Origin: Pelagomonas calceolata
Taxonomy: Eukaryota
DNA: 64,000 bases
Direction of reading: 5' to 3'
Assembly: GCA_918797485.1 (NCBI GenBank)
Contig: CAKKNE010000004.1
Location: 4,092,001 to 4,156,000 of the forward strand
Shown here in pieces: positions 51,637 to 62,387 of the stretch. The notes beneath the pieces are model-generated. The model worked only from the letters and a program-made list of their open reading frames with translations. It had not been told where the DNA came from and made no database searches. Numbering within the stretch: position 1 is the stretch's first letter; each line of letters starts with the position of its first letter. A program made the translations under genes and the position numbers.

Positions 51637-54256
51637 CTATTTCTTCGCCGCCGAAGGCAAGCGAGAAAACGGCACCTTGTGCTGAGGCTTCCCGTCGGGC
51701 ACGTATACCAGTCGCGGATACGTCGTCTTGCCGTTGTTGCAGATCGGCGGCCGGAACGCGACGTCCACGCGGTAGAAGCCCCGCCTTTCAAACTGGATCA
51801 CGTCGCCTGTGCGCAAATCAACCGGTGAGCACGCGCCGCGACAATTGATTCAGGCACTGGGACGCACCTTGGGAGATCAATTTCAACATTGGATCAGCCC
51901 ATGCTTGAGTTTCGACCTTGCTCACCGGCGTCATCACACCAGGCGTGTCCAATTCATCATTTTCATCTAGTTTATTTTTCGCCAACAAGTAGTCGTACTC
52001 GATCAGCGTGCAAGGCACGACGTCGCCGTACTGCGAGTGGCCGCACTGGCCCTCGACGATGTCGGTCGCGACCTGGACGGGAGAAGCAGCTAACCAGTGG
52101 ATAGCCTTCTTCTTCTTGAAGGTGCTCCTATCAGCACCTTCTTGGAACGCTCCCGTGAGCTTATCTCCCTTCCTCGTTACCTTAAACAAGCCCCACCTCA
52201 CTAATACGATTTCCTCGCCGTCCTTGATGGTCGCGGCGTCCTCGCCCTCCAACAAAAGCTTCCTCGAGACTCGGATGGGCCGCATCCCCATCGATTCATC
52301 TTTCGGATGTTGTTGTGTTATGAGAGCGTGAATGCCCCCATCGTCGTACTGCGGCACGTTCGTCACCTCGAGCTCGACGCAACCTGCTGCCTCAATAGCC
52401 ATCAGCCGCAGCGCCGTCGGCTCGTAGGCTGATTTATTGGTGGCCCAGAACGAGTCCCACTCCATGTTGACCACGTTTCTAGAAGCTCCTTGCGACAAAA
52501 TAAATTCCCGCAAAGCCTTGATCGACACGCCTCGCCGGACCACACCCTGTATGGTAGGAAAGCGGGGGTCGCTCCAGTTTTCCACTTTTTTTTCATCAAC
52601 CAACCAAGCTAGCTTTCTTTTAGACATCAATGTTCTGACAAAGTTCACGCGGCCAAACGTGTGGATCTTGACCGGTCGTAACTTCAGAGCCTGTAGGAAC
52701 CACTTGTACTGCGCGTCGCGATCGTTGTACTCCGTCGTCCGCAAGGCATGGGTCACACCTTCCAAACTATCAACGATAGGACACGCCAAGTCATAGGTCG
52801 GATACGCTTGATATTTTGTGCCTGTTCTATGATGCGGCGTCGCGTTCGCGCGATAGATGACCGGATCCCTGAGAGTGCCGTTATCCGACGACATATCAAT
52901 CTTCGCCCGCAGACACCACTGCGGCGCCGTGCCCGCACACATGTCCTTGAAATTCTTGAGATTCGTATCGACGTCGTCGTCGCGATGCTTGCTATGTACT
53001 CGACCCTCCCGCTCGACCTTCATTTGTTCTTGCGGCGTGTCGTCCATGAAGGCCTTGCCCTCCTTTATGAGTTTTATAGCTTCCTTCTTGATCTTGTCGA
53101 AGTGGTCCGATGTATGAGACAAAGTAACGTACCCATCTTTTTTATCCGCCTCGACGTCGACACCCAGCGTTTTTAAATCCTTCAAAATGTTGTCGGCGTA
53201 CTCGCCCTTCTCCTTGCTCGGGTTCGTATCATCAAATCTCACTAACAACCTCCCACCGTACCTCCGTGCATAATAATCGTTCAAGAGTACCGCTTTGGCA
53301 TGGCCGATGTGGAGGTACCCACTCGGTTCCGGGGGGAAGCGCGTGACGACCTCGCCCACCACCGCACCTTCCAGGGGCGGGCAGTTGCCACCGGAACTTT
53401 TCTTCGCGTCGCCACCGCTCTTGGCGATCTGGCGAGCCTTGACGAAGGCCGGGTTCGCTTCGAGGAGTCGGAGCCACCGCTTCACGTGTTGCTTGTCTGA
53501 TGATTGTACTGATTGCCAGCAGAGGCAATCAGCAATAGTACAAGTCTCGCCCACGACATACGTCGCGTCCGCCAGTCGCTCCTCGAGCGCAGTTTCCACA
53601 GAACCTTTGTTGACTAGTTCCGTCCACTGGTCCACCAGAGCTGTTTCGAGAGGTGATAGCGACGTAGTAAACGCGTAGCGCGCCGCTGTGGTACTACCAT
53701 GCACCGTCACGCCGTCAACGACAAACGACGGTTCGGACCCCTTCATTTGTTCATCACAGCAGAACGTGAGGGGCCCGCCGCACAGTGCATTGGCCGCCAT
53801 GGCCGCCAGCGGTATACGATCGGGGCCGTAGCTTACGACGTCCTTCTGCGCCGGTTCTTGCGGTAGCGGCGGCGCGATGCGCTTCGCGACGGTCTTCTCT
53901 GGTTTCTTGTCCTTCTCGGCCTCGGCGGCGGCCTTGGCTTTCCTTGCTTCCTTGGCCTGCTTCTTGGCGAGGGCTTTCTGCGCGTTCTTGGACAGGGGCT
54001 TGTTCGGGTCATTTGCGGGTTGATTGGTGCCACCTTTTTTGGCCTTCTTCTTGTCCTTGAGAGCTAAAGGGTGGTCGGGAGCGATCGCCGTGATCTGCTC
54101 CTTCAGCGCGACGAGGGCCTTGACGTCCGCGTCGATGCGCGGCTTGTCGCCATTACGTTTCGCGACCGTCACGGCCTCGGCGGCGGCCTCGCACTGCTTC
54201 ACGAGCTTGTCGAGTTCGTCATTACTTCCGGGCACTTGGGGCTGGTCGTCGGCCAT
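51637..54256 (-). CDS. Cytosolic glutamyl-tRNA synthetase with WHEP-like and GST-like N-terminal extensions, 2 exons: 54256-51868, 51806-51637
   Basis: VVTRFPPEPSGYLHIGHAKA, RFDDTNP, YPTYDLACPIVDSLEGVTHALRT, MSKRKL, WSDPRFPT; spliced C-terminus QG|DVIQFERRGFYRVD. Confidence 0.95.
51807..51867 (-). mobile_element. Shrunken introner / GT-AG intron (61 bp), asymmetric-end subfamily
   Basis: + strand ctgtgcgcaaatcaacc...ttgattcaggcactg; GT donor 8 nt outside the TIR. Confidence 0.8.
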
Positions 54257-54604
54257 CCTTGCTCCTCGCCTATCCGCTTTGCTCGACGCCGGCAGCAAGG
54301 CAGCGATTCCTCGTTTTGGCGCACGAGAGGCGGTGGCTCGCAAGCGATGGCTCTCAGCGGTGACGAATAGATTAAAATTAATCTACTGCTCGCAGCTTGG
54401 AGGCTGTGAGAGGCTCAGCACGCCGCTTCGCTCGCAATGGTGCCACAAGCGGGCTAGCGTACACAGATACTAGGAGCAAAATACGCGTGGCTGCTGCCCA
54501 GCAAAAGCCCAGCACGGATTATCGCACGGGTTTTGTGCGGTTTTGGAGATACGCCACCGCCGCGAATAAGCAAAAAGATCAACGACGACTATTACAATGA
54601 GCAG

Positions 54605-55900
54605 CTACGCGACCCAGGCCCCCGGCGGCGCCAACCTAGGCAGCACGCAGAAGGCCAGCGGCGCGACGAAGAAGAAGCTATCCAACCGATCCAAGATGCC
54701 GCCGTGGCCCGGGAAGAGATGCCCAAAGTCCTTGACGTCCGCGTCGCGCTTCAGCATCGACGCCGTGAGGTCGCCTACCAATGCTATGGTGGCGACCCCC
54801 GCGCCGTAGACGAAGCCGAGCCACGGTCTCGGCCATCTCAAAAAGAACGCCCCGACGTAGGAGCACAGGCCCGCGCTCACGAGACCACTCACGGCGCCTT
54901 CAGTCGTTTTGTTCGGCGAGGCCTTTGCAGCTGCGCCCAATCCAACCTTGTCCAGGGAATGCCTCCCGAACCTCTTCCCCCCAAAATAGGCCCCGATGTC
55001 CGCGCACGCTATCGACAAACAGGTCCACCAGACGTGCTGCGCGCCCCTATGACACAATTGCGGGGCAAACCAAAAAGTTGTACCTTTGACAACTGCCCAG
55101 TTCGGCGCGCACCTCAAACGCACCCACCACGACGGCAAATAAGCCGTATATACTAAACCCATCAAGGTTGTCGAGATGTCTTGGATTGTGCTACAAGCTC
55201 TTCTCGCAAGTAACAACCACACCATCATCCACGTCGTGGCCAGAGGGAACACTAGTTCGTGCATTGATGGGGCGTGGCAGGCGACGGCCATCAATACGCA
55301 GGTTGTCGTGCACGCTATTTTTCTCGCCGGCGCGGCGCCCTGGATGATCGCGACGCGAAAATACTCCAGCCCCGCAGCAATAGCCTGGAGTGCGTGGCCC
55401 GCCGCAAATAATGATGGCGTGGAAAAGACCCAGGCGCTGAAGATGAAGCCCAAAGCGACACCCGTGGCGACCCTTGTCCCTAGCGTCGTCTGGCCGACCT
55501 CCTCGACATTATCATGAGCCTTGACCACCGTGTCCGCCCGCCACAGCTCCTCGAGGTATGAGACATACCTCCCTATCAACGGGATGCCGAAGGGCCTTCG
55601 CCTTTGGATGGGGGCATCTACAGCAAAGGCCGGGTGCGTCGCGCCCTCTTCGATTACCGGTGGTGGTGCGAGCGGGTAGTGCGGCGCGCTCGTGCGCGGC
55701 GCGTCGTCTTCGGTACCGTCTGTGCCGTCGATACGCGGCGTTACTGGGGCGGCGTAGCGGCGGCTGCGTGACCTTGCGGTCGCGTGACCGCCGCGGAGCG
55801 CGTAGCGCGACGTCAAGGGTATCAGAGCGCTGCACCCCGGAGCTGCAGCTGCTGATAGGAGGGCCCAGTGGTGCCGCCGTCGCAGCTGGTGCCGCCGCAT
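54605..55900 (-). CDS. cdsA: Phosphatidate cytidylyltransferase (CDP-DAG synthase), probably plastidial
   Basis: ADIGAYFGGKRFG, SPNKTTEG, GDLTASMLKRDADVKDFGHLFPGHGGILDRLDS. Confidence 0.93.
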   Translation of the reverse strand: MRRHQLRRRHHWALLSAAAAPGCSALIPLTSRYALRGGHATARSRSRRYAAPVTPRIDGTDGTEDDAPRTSAPHYPLAPPPVIEEGATHPAFAVDAPIQRRRPFGIPLIGRYVSYLEELWRADTVVKAHDNVEEVGQTTLGTRVATGVALGFIFSAWVFSTPSLFAAGHALQAIAAGLEYFRVAIIQGAAPARKIACTTTCVLMAVACHAPSMHELVFPLATTWMMVWLLLARRACSTIQDISTTLMGLVYTAYLPSWWVRLRCAPNWAVVKGTTFWFAPQLCHRGAQHVWWTCLSIACADIGAYFGGKRFGRHSLDKVGLGAAAKASPNKTTEGAVSGLVSAGLCSYVGAFFLRWPRPWLGFVYGAGVATIALVGDLTASMLKRDADVKDFGHLFPGHGGILDRLDSFFFVAPLAFCVLPRLAPPGAWVA

Positions 55901-55997
55901 GACTGCTGCGGTGATATGTTACGTAAATTTCGATCACTAACGCGGCAAAAGGCCTCCAAAATGACCCGTTTCAACAACGAGCTTGCTTTTTGTGATG

Positions 55998-56020
55998 CCT
56001 AGTGTCTTACAGCCGCTAGC
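55998..56020 (-). promoter_or_regulatory. Conserved intergenic motif copy 8
   Basis: Reverse complement gctagcggctgtaagacactagg between divergent ATGs 55900 and 56288. Confidence 0.65.
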
Positions 56021-56287
56021 ACGCCGACCTCTTGGTGCCTGTTGTGGCGAGCCATCGGACTGGCAAGTACGCTGCGAGAGGGGTGCCAAAAATCGCGTAA
56101 AACCCGAGAGTTGCAAAGATTGCTGGAGGTTGATCTTGCTTTGCGTGTGCGTGGCTCACGCTGAGGCTGCAAGATTGCAATAAAACGCAGCTCGACATCA
56201 TAGCACGTCAATCGACGCCGTCGTTGCAAAGCGATTGCACCGCAGTCGCTCAGATAGCAGTAAAAAGACCTCAAGCAATCAACTACG

Positions 56288-57934
56288 ATGCTGCGCGTCG
56301 CAATAGCGCTGGCGCTAAGCCGCTGCGCGAGCGCCTTCGTGACGCCAATCTCGCACGTCCCGGCCGCGCCGCGCACTTCATTAAGAGCGGTCCCCGAGAC
56401 GCTGTCAGCGCTCCAGGACCTCCCCACGACGCTCACAGCATTTGCGGATCAAGGCGGCAACTTAGCGGGCAAGTTCTTCATGGGCTCCCTGCCGCCCTAC
56501 GTCCTCTTCCTCTACTTTTTGAACTATGAGAAGAACAACGCGCCACCTCTAGTAAGGTTCGGCTTCGCCTACCTTTTATTATTCGTTTTAGCGACCATAC
56601 CAACAGGAATCATCTCGAAGACGACCTGGGGCGTCTCATTAGCGGACGCGGACTGGCTCCACGGCGGCGCCGAAGCTTTATTAACGGTGACGAATATCAT
56701 GCTTCTACTCGGCTTCCGCAACGCGCTGAAGAACGACGTGGACGGTTCGGACGCCGAGTGGGCTCGCTTGGCCTCGGCGGCTTGTGCTATCGCAGCCACC
56801 ATCCTCATCGCGACGGGCGTACCTTTATTTCATTTCGAGGCGCACGAACCGTTCCTAGGCGGCCTCGGAGCGCTAGGCATCGGTCAAGATGTAGAACCGG
56901 TCAACGCTTTGAGTATACCGACCTGGATCGTCCACTTCTCGAGCGTGTGCGAATTCATCTTAGCGATGAAGTTAGCTACCGTGTACGCGAAACAAAGCGG
57001 CGACGAGAAGTGGAACGGCGTGGCCTGGGGCATGCTGCCTTCGCATGCGTCTGGGGTCTGTGCGTGTACGTATCATTTGTTCTACAACCAGGCGGCCTTG
57101 TCGTGGTTGGTCACGGCGCAAGCCGGATTAACCTTCCTAGGCAACACGACGTTATTCATCGCTGCCTTGAGACTAGCTCTAGCGAACGGCTGGACCTTGT
57201 CTGATGCCATCCCGAAATCTTTGGATGATGTGAACCCGACGACCGGTGATTACAAATTAGATGTACAAAGAGTGGAGCCCGTTGCTGACCTGACTCCCGA
57301 CTTAGTACTAACAGGAGAAATAGTAGCCGTGGCCGTCGGGGCGGCTTATTTGACAAAATACGGTTCTCTCGTAGCGCTACCTATCTTAACTCAGCCTAAT
57401 AGCATCTTGGCGGCTCTCATACTCTTAGCCGTACCAGCTACCGTAGCCTACACGATCCTACCGAGACCGGCCTTCGCGTCCGGCGTGGGCGAGTTCGAGG
57501 GCTTCTCCTTACCTTCATTTGGAGGCGACGGGGAGAACGCTATTACCTATGATGATGTGAAGAAGTTCGGTGTCTCGGGGACCATCGCCTACGTCCTCAC
57601 GGAGCTCGCCTTCTGGGCCGTGGCCTTCCCGGTAGCTGCTGCTTTGTTTACGCAGGCGAACGGCCACGCGCCGGACCTGTTCAACTCGGGAGAAGATAGA
57701 GCTGCCGTGATTGCTTCTATATTTGTTGGGGCGAACGTGGCGCGGTTGGCCGTACCTTTACGGTTTGGGGTCGCTTTAGCTGCGGCGCCGTGGGTCGACG
57801 AGAACATCGTGCAGCGCTTCGGCGGGGATTCGGTTGATGTCGAGGCGGTGGTCGAGGAGGAGCCCGTCGCCGTCGAGAAGGAGACGGGGTTCTCCATGCC
57901 GGAGTTGCCGACGTTTAAGAACCCGTTCGAGTAG
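56288..57934 (+). CDS. Plastid membrane protein, DUF3593 + Ycf49/DUF2499 fusion with C-terminal extension
   Basis: ASAFV targeting motif; SLPPYVLFLYFL...SLADADWLHGGAEALLTVTN; NALSIPTWIVHFSSVCE...CACTYHLFYN...LVTAQAGLTFLGN. Confidence 0.8.
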   Translation: MLRVAIALALSRCASAFVTPISHVPAAPRTSLRAVPETLSALQDLPTTLTAFADQGGNLAGKFFMGSLPPYVLFLYFLNYEKNNAPPLVRFGFAYLLLFVLATIPTGIISKTTWGVSLADADWLHGGAEALLTVTNIMLLLGFRNALKNDVDGSDAEWARLASAACAIAATILIATGVPLFHFEAHEPFLGGLGALGIGQDVEPVNALSIPTWIVHFSSVCEFILAMKLATVYAKQSGDEKWNGVAWGMLPSHASGVCACTYHLFYNQAALSWLVTAQAGLTFLGNTTLFIAALRLALANGWTLSDAIPKSLDDVNPTTGDYKLDVQRVEPVADLTPDLVLTGEIVAVAVGAAYLTKYGSLVALPILTQPNSILAALILLAVPATVAYTILPRPAFASGVGEFEGFSLPSFGGDGENAITYDDVKKFGVSGTIAYVLTELAFWAVAFPVAAALFTQANGHAPDLFNSGEDRAAVIASIFVGANVARLAVPLRFGVALAAAPWVDENIVQRFGGDSVDVEAVVEEEPVAVEKETGFSMPELPTFKNPFE

Positions 57935-58212
57935 TTTTTTTTGCGCCTCGACGGCGTAGTGCGTGCGCGTTTGCGCAGCCGGCGTAGTGATGGTCGCGGG
58001 CGGTCGCGGCGGTCGCGGCGGCGGGTTTTATTTTGGTCCCCAGCCGAGACCCGACTAAGAGCGAGTCCTCCGGAGATGTCCTGTTGGTGGCTGGAGGGAT
58101 GCGGCGCGACGGTGATGGCGTTTGGCGTGCAAGGTTGACGAGCGACAAAATCGCATTTTGAGCGGCCGTGGATCCCGAAGAAGAAGATTTGGAGGAGGTC
58201 ATCGTCCAGAAC

Positions 58213-58572
58213 ATGGAGCACGCGTTGCGGCGCATTCATCGGGTGGAGCATCGCTGCGAACGGAAGCACGGCATTTCGAGACATCAATCGCTAGTGATCA
58301 TGAACGGCCTGCCCAAGACCTCGTCGGACTCGAAGCTCCAAGTGAAGCCCCGAAAGCGGTCGCCGTCGCCCCAGCCGCTCCCGACGCAGGGTCTGAAGCG
58401 GAACCAGTCCTCGGAGGCGCTGATTGATCAGCTGATCGAGAAGCACATCACGCGGTCGTCGACGCCGCCGCCGCCGCCCACGGACACGCCGCGCATCGCC
58501 GGGCGACCGCCGCGACCGCCGCGCGCGCGGTCGGTCGGTTCGCTGCAGTCGGGCTCGCCGCCGTCGGCATAG
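58213..58572 (+). CDS. Short hypothetical Pro/Ser-rich protein
   Basis: GC3-rich ORF filling the gap between two genes; no recognisable domain; start uncertain. Confidence 0.35.
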   Translation: MEHALRRIHRVEHRCERKHGISRHQSLVIMNGLPKTSSDSKLQVKPRKRSPSPQPLPTQGLKRNQSSEALIDQLIEKHITRSSTPPPPPTDTPRIAGRPPRPPRARSVGSLQSGSPPSA

Positions 58573-58655
58573 CCTCCTCTCCCCCCGCGTCGCTGTCGGC
58601 GGGTCCCCCTATCTATATAACGATTCTGTTTTTATTTATTCGTCTTTGTATCGTG

Positions 58656-60206
58656 TCAAAAGCTACACGTGTAGAACTCGGGTTCGTCGTCGTCGTCGTC
58701 GGGCGCGACCTCCTCGCCTGGGCCACCCGACTCGATTGCGGCGCGCTGCTCCTCCGGCGGCACGGGCTCCTGTTTCACCACAGGCGGCGGCAGAGGCAGG
58801 TCGTCGTCCGTGTCGTCGTTGGGTGGCGGTCGCGCGTCGTCTTCCGCGTCGGATTCAACACTCCGCACCGGCGCCCCGTCCGGAGAGAAGTCCTCGTCGG
58901 TGTCACTGTCCGACGAGGAAGACGCGGTGCTTTCGCCGCACATTTGTTGTGTTATCTGTTTCCGCGTCGGCGTGACGGCGTATTCCGGGCGTACCGGGCT
59001 TGTCAGCGCCTTGTCACTGGGAATCTCCGGTGTCACGGGGGCCGTGTCCGCCGCGGCGGGAGCGAAAGTAGACGGCAGGGTTGGCCGCGCCGGCGTCGCA
59101 GCGGCTGAGCCGCGCACCCTCTTGGCAGGGAGGACCTCGGCGTCCGAATCGTCGTCGGTCGTCTCCGCCGCGATTCCTTCGATGCGTGGTGCTGTCGAAG
59201 GCGTCTCCGCGGGCGCGCGCGTAGCGGCGCACCGCTTCTTCTCGCGCCCGCGCGGGATCTCCTCCTCCGTGCCGAGGCGCCGCGTGAGTGCTGCGTTCGC
59301 TATGCGCAGGATCCGCTCCTCCGTCGCACGGGCCTGTTCCCTGGCCTCCTCCGTCGCGCGGGCCTGTTCCCTGGCGTAGGCCTCACGGATCGCCGCCTGG
59401 TCGGTCGCAAGCTCCCGCGCTTCGGCCGCGTCAGAGGACTCCGCCGATGCAGCGACGGGCGACTTGGCCTTCTTGGGGCGCTTGGGCCTTCTTGGGTCGG
59501 CAGCGCGCTCGGGCGACGCGTAGGACTGGCCGGCGTCCTCGAGGCTTGAGAACCGTTGTGTCGCCTGTCGCGCGCGGCCCGGCAAGCCGGCGAGTTGCCG
59601 GGCCAACTCCTCGTCACGGCTCGTATCGGGAGGTGGTGGTGGCGGCGCGGCAGCTTCCTCAGCCGTCTCGTCGTCACGGTTTGTCTCGGGAGGTCGCGCG
59701 CCGCCCGCAGTGCAGGACTTGCCGTGATGCACGGCCGCCGGCGCGTGCGTGAAGGTCCTCGGGCAACCGGCCGGGCACGGGAAGCAGCCCCGCGCGTCGC
59801 GCGGGCCGAGCGACGGGCCACCACGATGATTGCGGTCGCGTCGCTTGAGCGCTGCGCGCGCGGCGGCAGACGCGGGTCGCGCGGGCGCCATGATGACTCC
59901 CGGTGTCTGCGTCGCTCGCGTCGCGACCGTCGGTGGATTGCCAGGCCCCGCAGGCAGCACGAGCTCCCCCGTCCCTTCGTCAGCCGCGAGTGCCGCCGCG
60001 CGGCCGGCGTCTCTGAGCGATTGCCACGCACGGAGAAACCGATTGCGCGCAAAGGCAGGCCACTCAGAAATCGTCAGCACATCCTCCAAGTCGATTCGTT
60101 CCGCATTGTAGAGGTCCACGAGACCGTCGGCGGCGTCGGCAAGCGCCGCGCGGCGCGCCGTGTCCGTAACGTGCTCGCGGAGCCATTTCTCGAGCGCCGG
60201 CGTCAT
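58656..60206 (-). CDS. Hypothetical low-complexity protein with zinc-finger-like and UIM-like motifs
   Basis: FPCPAGCPRTFTHAPAAVHHGKSC; DTSRDEELARQL; duplicated AREQARATEE. Confidence 0.55.
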   Translation of the reverse strand: MTPALEKWLREHVTDTARRAALADAADGLVDLYNAERIDLEDVLTISEWPAFARNRFLRAWQSLRDAGRAAALAADEGTGELVLPAGPGNPPTVATRATQTPGVIMAPARPASAAARAALKRRDRNHRGGPSLGPRDARGCFPCPAGCPRTFTHAPAAVHHGKSCTAGGARPPETNRDDETAEEAAAPPPPPPDTSRDEELARQLAGLPGRARQATQRFSSLEDAGQSYASPERAADPRRPKRPKKAKSPVAASAESSDAAEARELATDQAAIREAYAREQARATEEAREQARATEERILRIANAALTRRLGTEEEIPRGREKKRCAATRAPAETPSTAPRIEGIAAETTDDDSDAEVLPAKRVRGSAAATPARPTLPSTFAPAAADTAPVTPEIPSDKALTSPVRPEYAVTPTRKQITQQMCGESTASSSSDSDTDEDFSPDGAPVRSVESDAEDDARPPPNDDTDDDLPLPPPVVKQEPVPPEEQRAAIESGGPGEEVAPDDDDDEPEFYTCSF

Positions 60207-60671
60207 TTCTCTATAGGATACGCCAGTGGACCCACAAAATCCAGCCCAGCACGACGGCAAACGAGCCACCGACAGCCACCCCCACAAGCAGAATGTCTTC
60301 TAGCTCGAAGCGCCGGCGCAGGAATGGCACACGGTAGCCGAAGTTGCGGAGGCGTTTGATGATCTTGGGCATGTAGCGCGATGCCCGGGCAGCGTTCCGG
60401 GGCTGCCCTGCGCGTGTCGCGCGCTGTCGTCGGAGTACAATTGCTCTGCGAGTGTCCAGGCCGCGCCGCTCTGCGGCCAAGGTGCGGGGCCCGGGGCGCA
60501 CCGCCGCGCACGCGTATCGAGCGTTAAACACAGCCATCATATGCCCCGAGACGAGTATGGACACATCTGCATCCTTCGGTCGGCGAAGGCAACCCCCGGC
60601 GCGGGCGACGAACCGTCTCGTGGTAGTCTTGTTACCGGGGGGGAGGGGGAGAGGGTTCAAAGGCCTTGTGC

Positions 60672-62387
60672 CTAGAACTGCGACACGGCGAGCGCGAAGG
60701 CCGAGAACGGCGTGAACGGCGGCGCGAAGTCGAGGTTGAAGTCGTGGTCGCCGATCTTGCCCAGCTGGAACACGACCGTGTCGTCGCTCAATCCGGGCAC
60801 GAGCTGGAAGTTCTTCACCGACGCGACGGTCGCGCGCCCGTAAAAGTTCAGCGAGTACTGGCCGTCCACGAGCTTCGGTTGCCGTTGCTCCAACACGGTC
60901 AACTTGTCGTCGGAGTGCGAGAACCGCGTCAGTAGCTCAGACTTTGCTGAGCTACCGGGCAGCGCTACCGACACCTGCCGCGGCTTCGCCCCGTCAACGA
61001 AGGACGTCAATGTCGAAGTGCGCTTGTGGATGAAGAGCGCGTGCTCATTCTTTTGTTGAGAGCCGTCGACCAGCACGCGGTGGTGCGCCGAACCACCGCC
61101 CAGATCCACGCCAGTGCCTTTCGGCGCCATGATCTTTCCCAGATAATTGCCGCCCTTCTTGGAGAAGCCACCGCCGATGCGCCCGCATGTGGCGTCGAAG
61201 ATGTGGTAGTTGCCGCTCCGCGACGTCTTCTTCGCTACCAGTAAAGTCTTGTCCTCGAACTTGAGCGTGAGCTCGCCCGAGCCGAACGTCGACTTCTTCC
61301 GTTCTAAGACGCACTGGAGCAGCGGGATTTTCCGTATCGAAGGCGGCTCGAGCGGCGTCGGCACTGATAATACATCCTCGAAGGCCATCGGCTGTAACCG
61401 CCCTCGCGTAGACGTCTTCGACATGGCTCGCAAGGGCTTGACGGGCGACAGCGCATCGTCGTCGGCCGTCAGCTCAGACGCCGCCTCGGACGCCTCGGAC
61501 ACGGCGTCGTCGTCCATCAGCACGCCGCGCGTCGCCGGTGCCAGGGAGTAGTCGTCGTCCGCCTCCTTGCACTCCGGGGACGGGCTCCGCCTTCTTCTAT
61601 TATCGGGCGTCGGGCTCCGGCGCCGCGGCGCCGCGGCTTGGGCCCGGGCCTCGGACCGCTGCCACGTCTCCTCGGACCGGCGCAGGGCCTCGTCGCGCTC
61701 CCGCCAGACGGCCCCGCGCTCGCGCGACGGCTCGTCGCGGCGACGACCGTCCCTGGAATCGTCCCGGCGGCCTTCGCGCGACTCGGCGCGGTTCCGCGAC
61801 TGCTCGCGGCGGCCCTCGCGCGAATCGTCCCGGCGGCGCTCGCGCGAGCGCCGCTCGGGCGAGTCCCGGCGGCGCTCGCGGCGCTCGGGCGAGTCGCGCC
61901 GGCGTTCGCGGCGCTCAGGCGAGCGCCGGCGCTCGCGGCGCTGGGGAGAATCGCGGCGGCGCTCCCGTCGTACCGGCGAGTCGTCGCGGCGGCGCCCACG
62001 TGAGGTGTCGCGCGCACGCGAGGTCTCGCGCGACGGGCCCTCGTCGGTCGCGCCCGACAGGTTCCGCAGCATCTCCTTCTTGGCGGCCTCGTAGCCCTTG
62101 CGGTAGTCCTCACGCTCGGGCGTGGGCCGGGTGTCGCGGCCGCGAGGAGGAGGCGAGTCCGCGGGCGGAGCCATGCGCCGGCGCCGCGCGTCGCCCAGCG
62201 GCGGGGGCGAGCGACGTTTGTTGCGTCTTCTCGTGTCGCCGTTCGGGTGGCGGTTCTCGCGCTCATAGTCATCGCGGCCCTTGCGGCTCCTATACTCCTG
62301 GGAGGGGCTGTGCGATGGTGGAGGCGGCGCGCCGCGGCGCTCGCTCCGGTAGGTGGGGCGCTCGAGGTCGTTGTCAGGGTAGCCCAT
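60672..62387 (-). CDS. Tubby-family protein with Arg/Asp/Ser-rich N-terminus
   Basis: LLVAKK..SGNYHI, NYLGKI, YSLNFYGRATVASVKNFQL, FQLGKIGDHDFNLDFAPPFTPFSAFALAVSQF. Confidence 0.9.
   Translation of the reverse strand: MGYPDNDLERPTYRSERRGAPPPPSHSPSQEYRSRKGRDDYERENRHPNGDTRRRNKRRSPPPLGDARRRRMAPPADSPPPRGRDTRPTPEREDYRKGYEAAKKEMLRNLSGATDEGPSRETSRARDTSRGRRRDDSPVRRERRRDSPQRRERRRSPERRERRRDSPERRERRRDSPERRSRERRRDDSREGRREQSRNRAESREGRRDDSRDGRRRDEPSRERGAVWRERDEALRRSEETWQRSEARAQAAAPRRRSPTPDNRRRRSPSPECKEADDDYSLAPATRGVLMDDDAVSEASEAASELTADDDALSPVKPLRAMSKTSTRGRLQPMAFEDVLSVPTPLEPPSIRKIPLLQCVLERKKSTFGSGELTLKFEDKTLLVAKKTSRSGNYHIFDATCGRIGGGFSKKGGNYLGKIMAPKGTGVDLGGGSAHHRVLVDGSQQKNEHALFIHKRTSTLTSFVDGAKPRQVSVALPGSSAKSELLTRFSHSDDKLTVLEQRQPKLVDGQYSLNFYGRATVASVKNFQLVPGLSDDTVVFQLGKIGDHDFNLDFAPPFTPFSAFALAVSQF

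Noticed and set aside
49116..55900. Lipid-metabolism gene cluster (ELO, CDP-DAG synthase)
   Set aside because: Separated by unrelated genes and likely in different compartments; chance proximity is sufficient.
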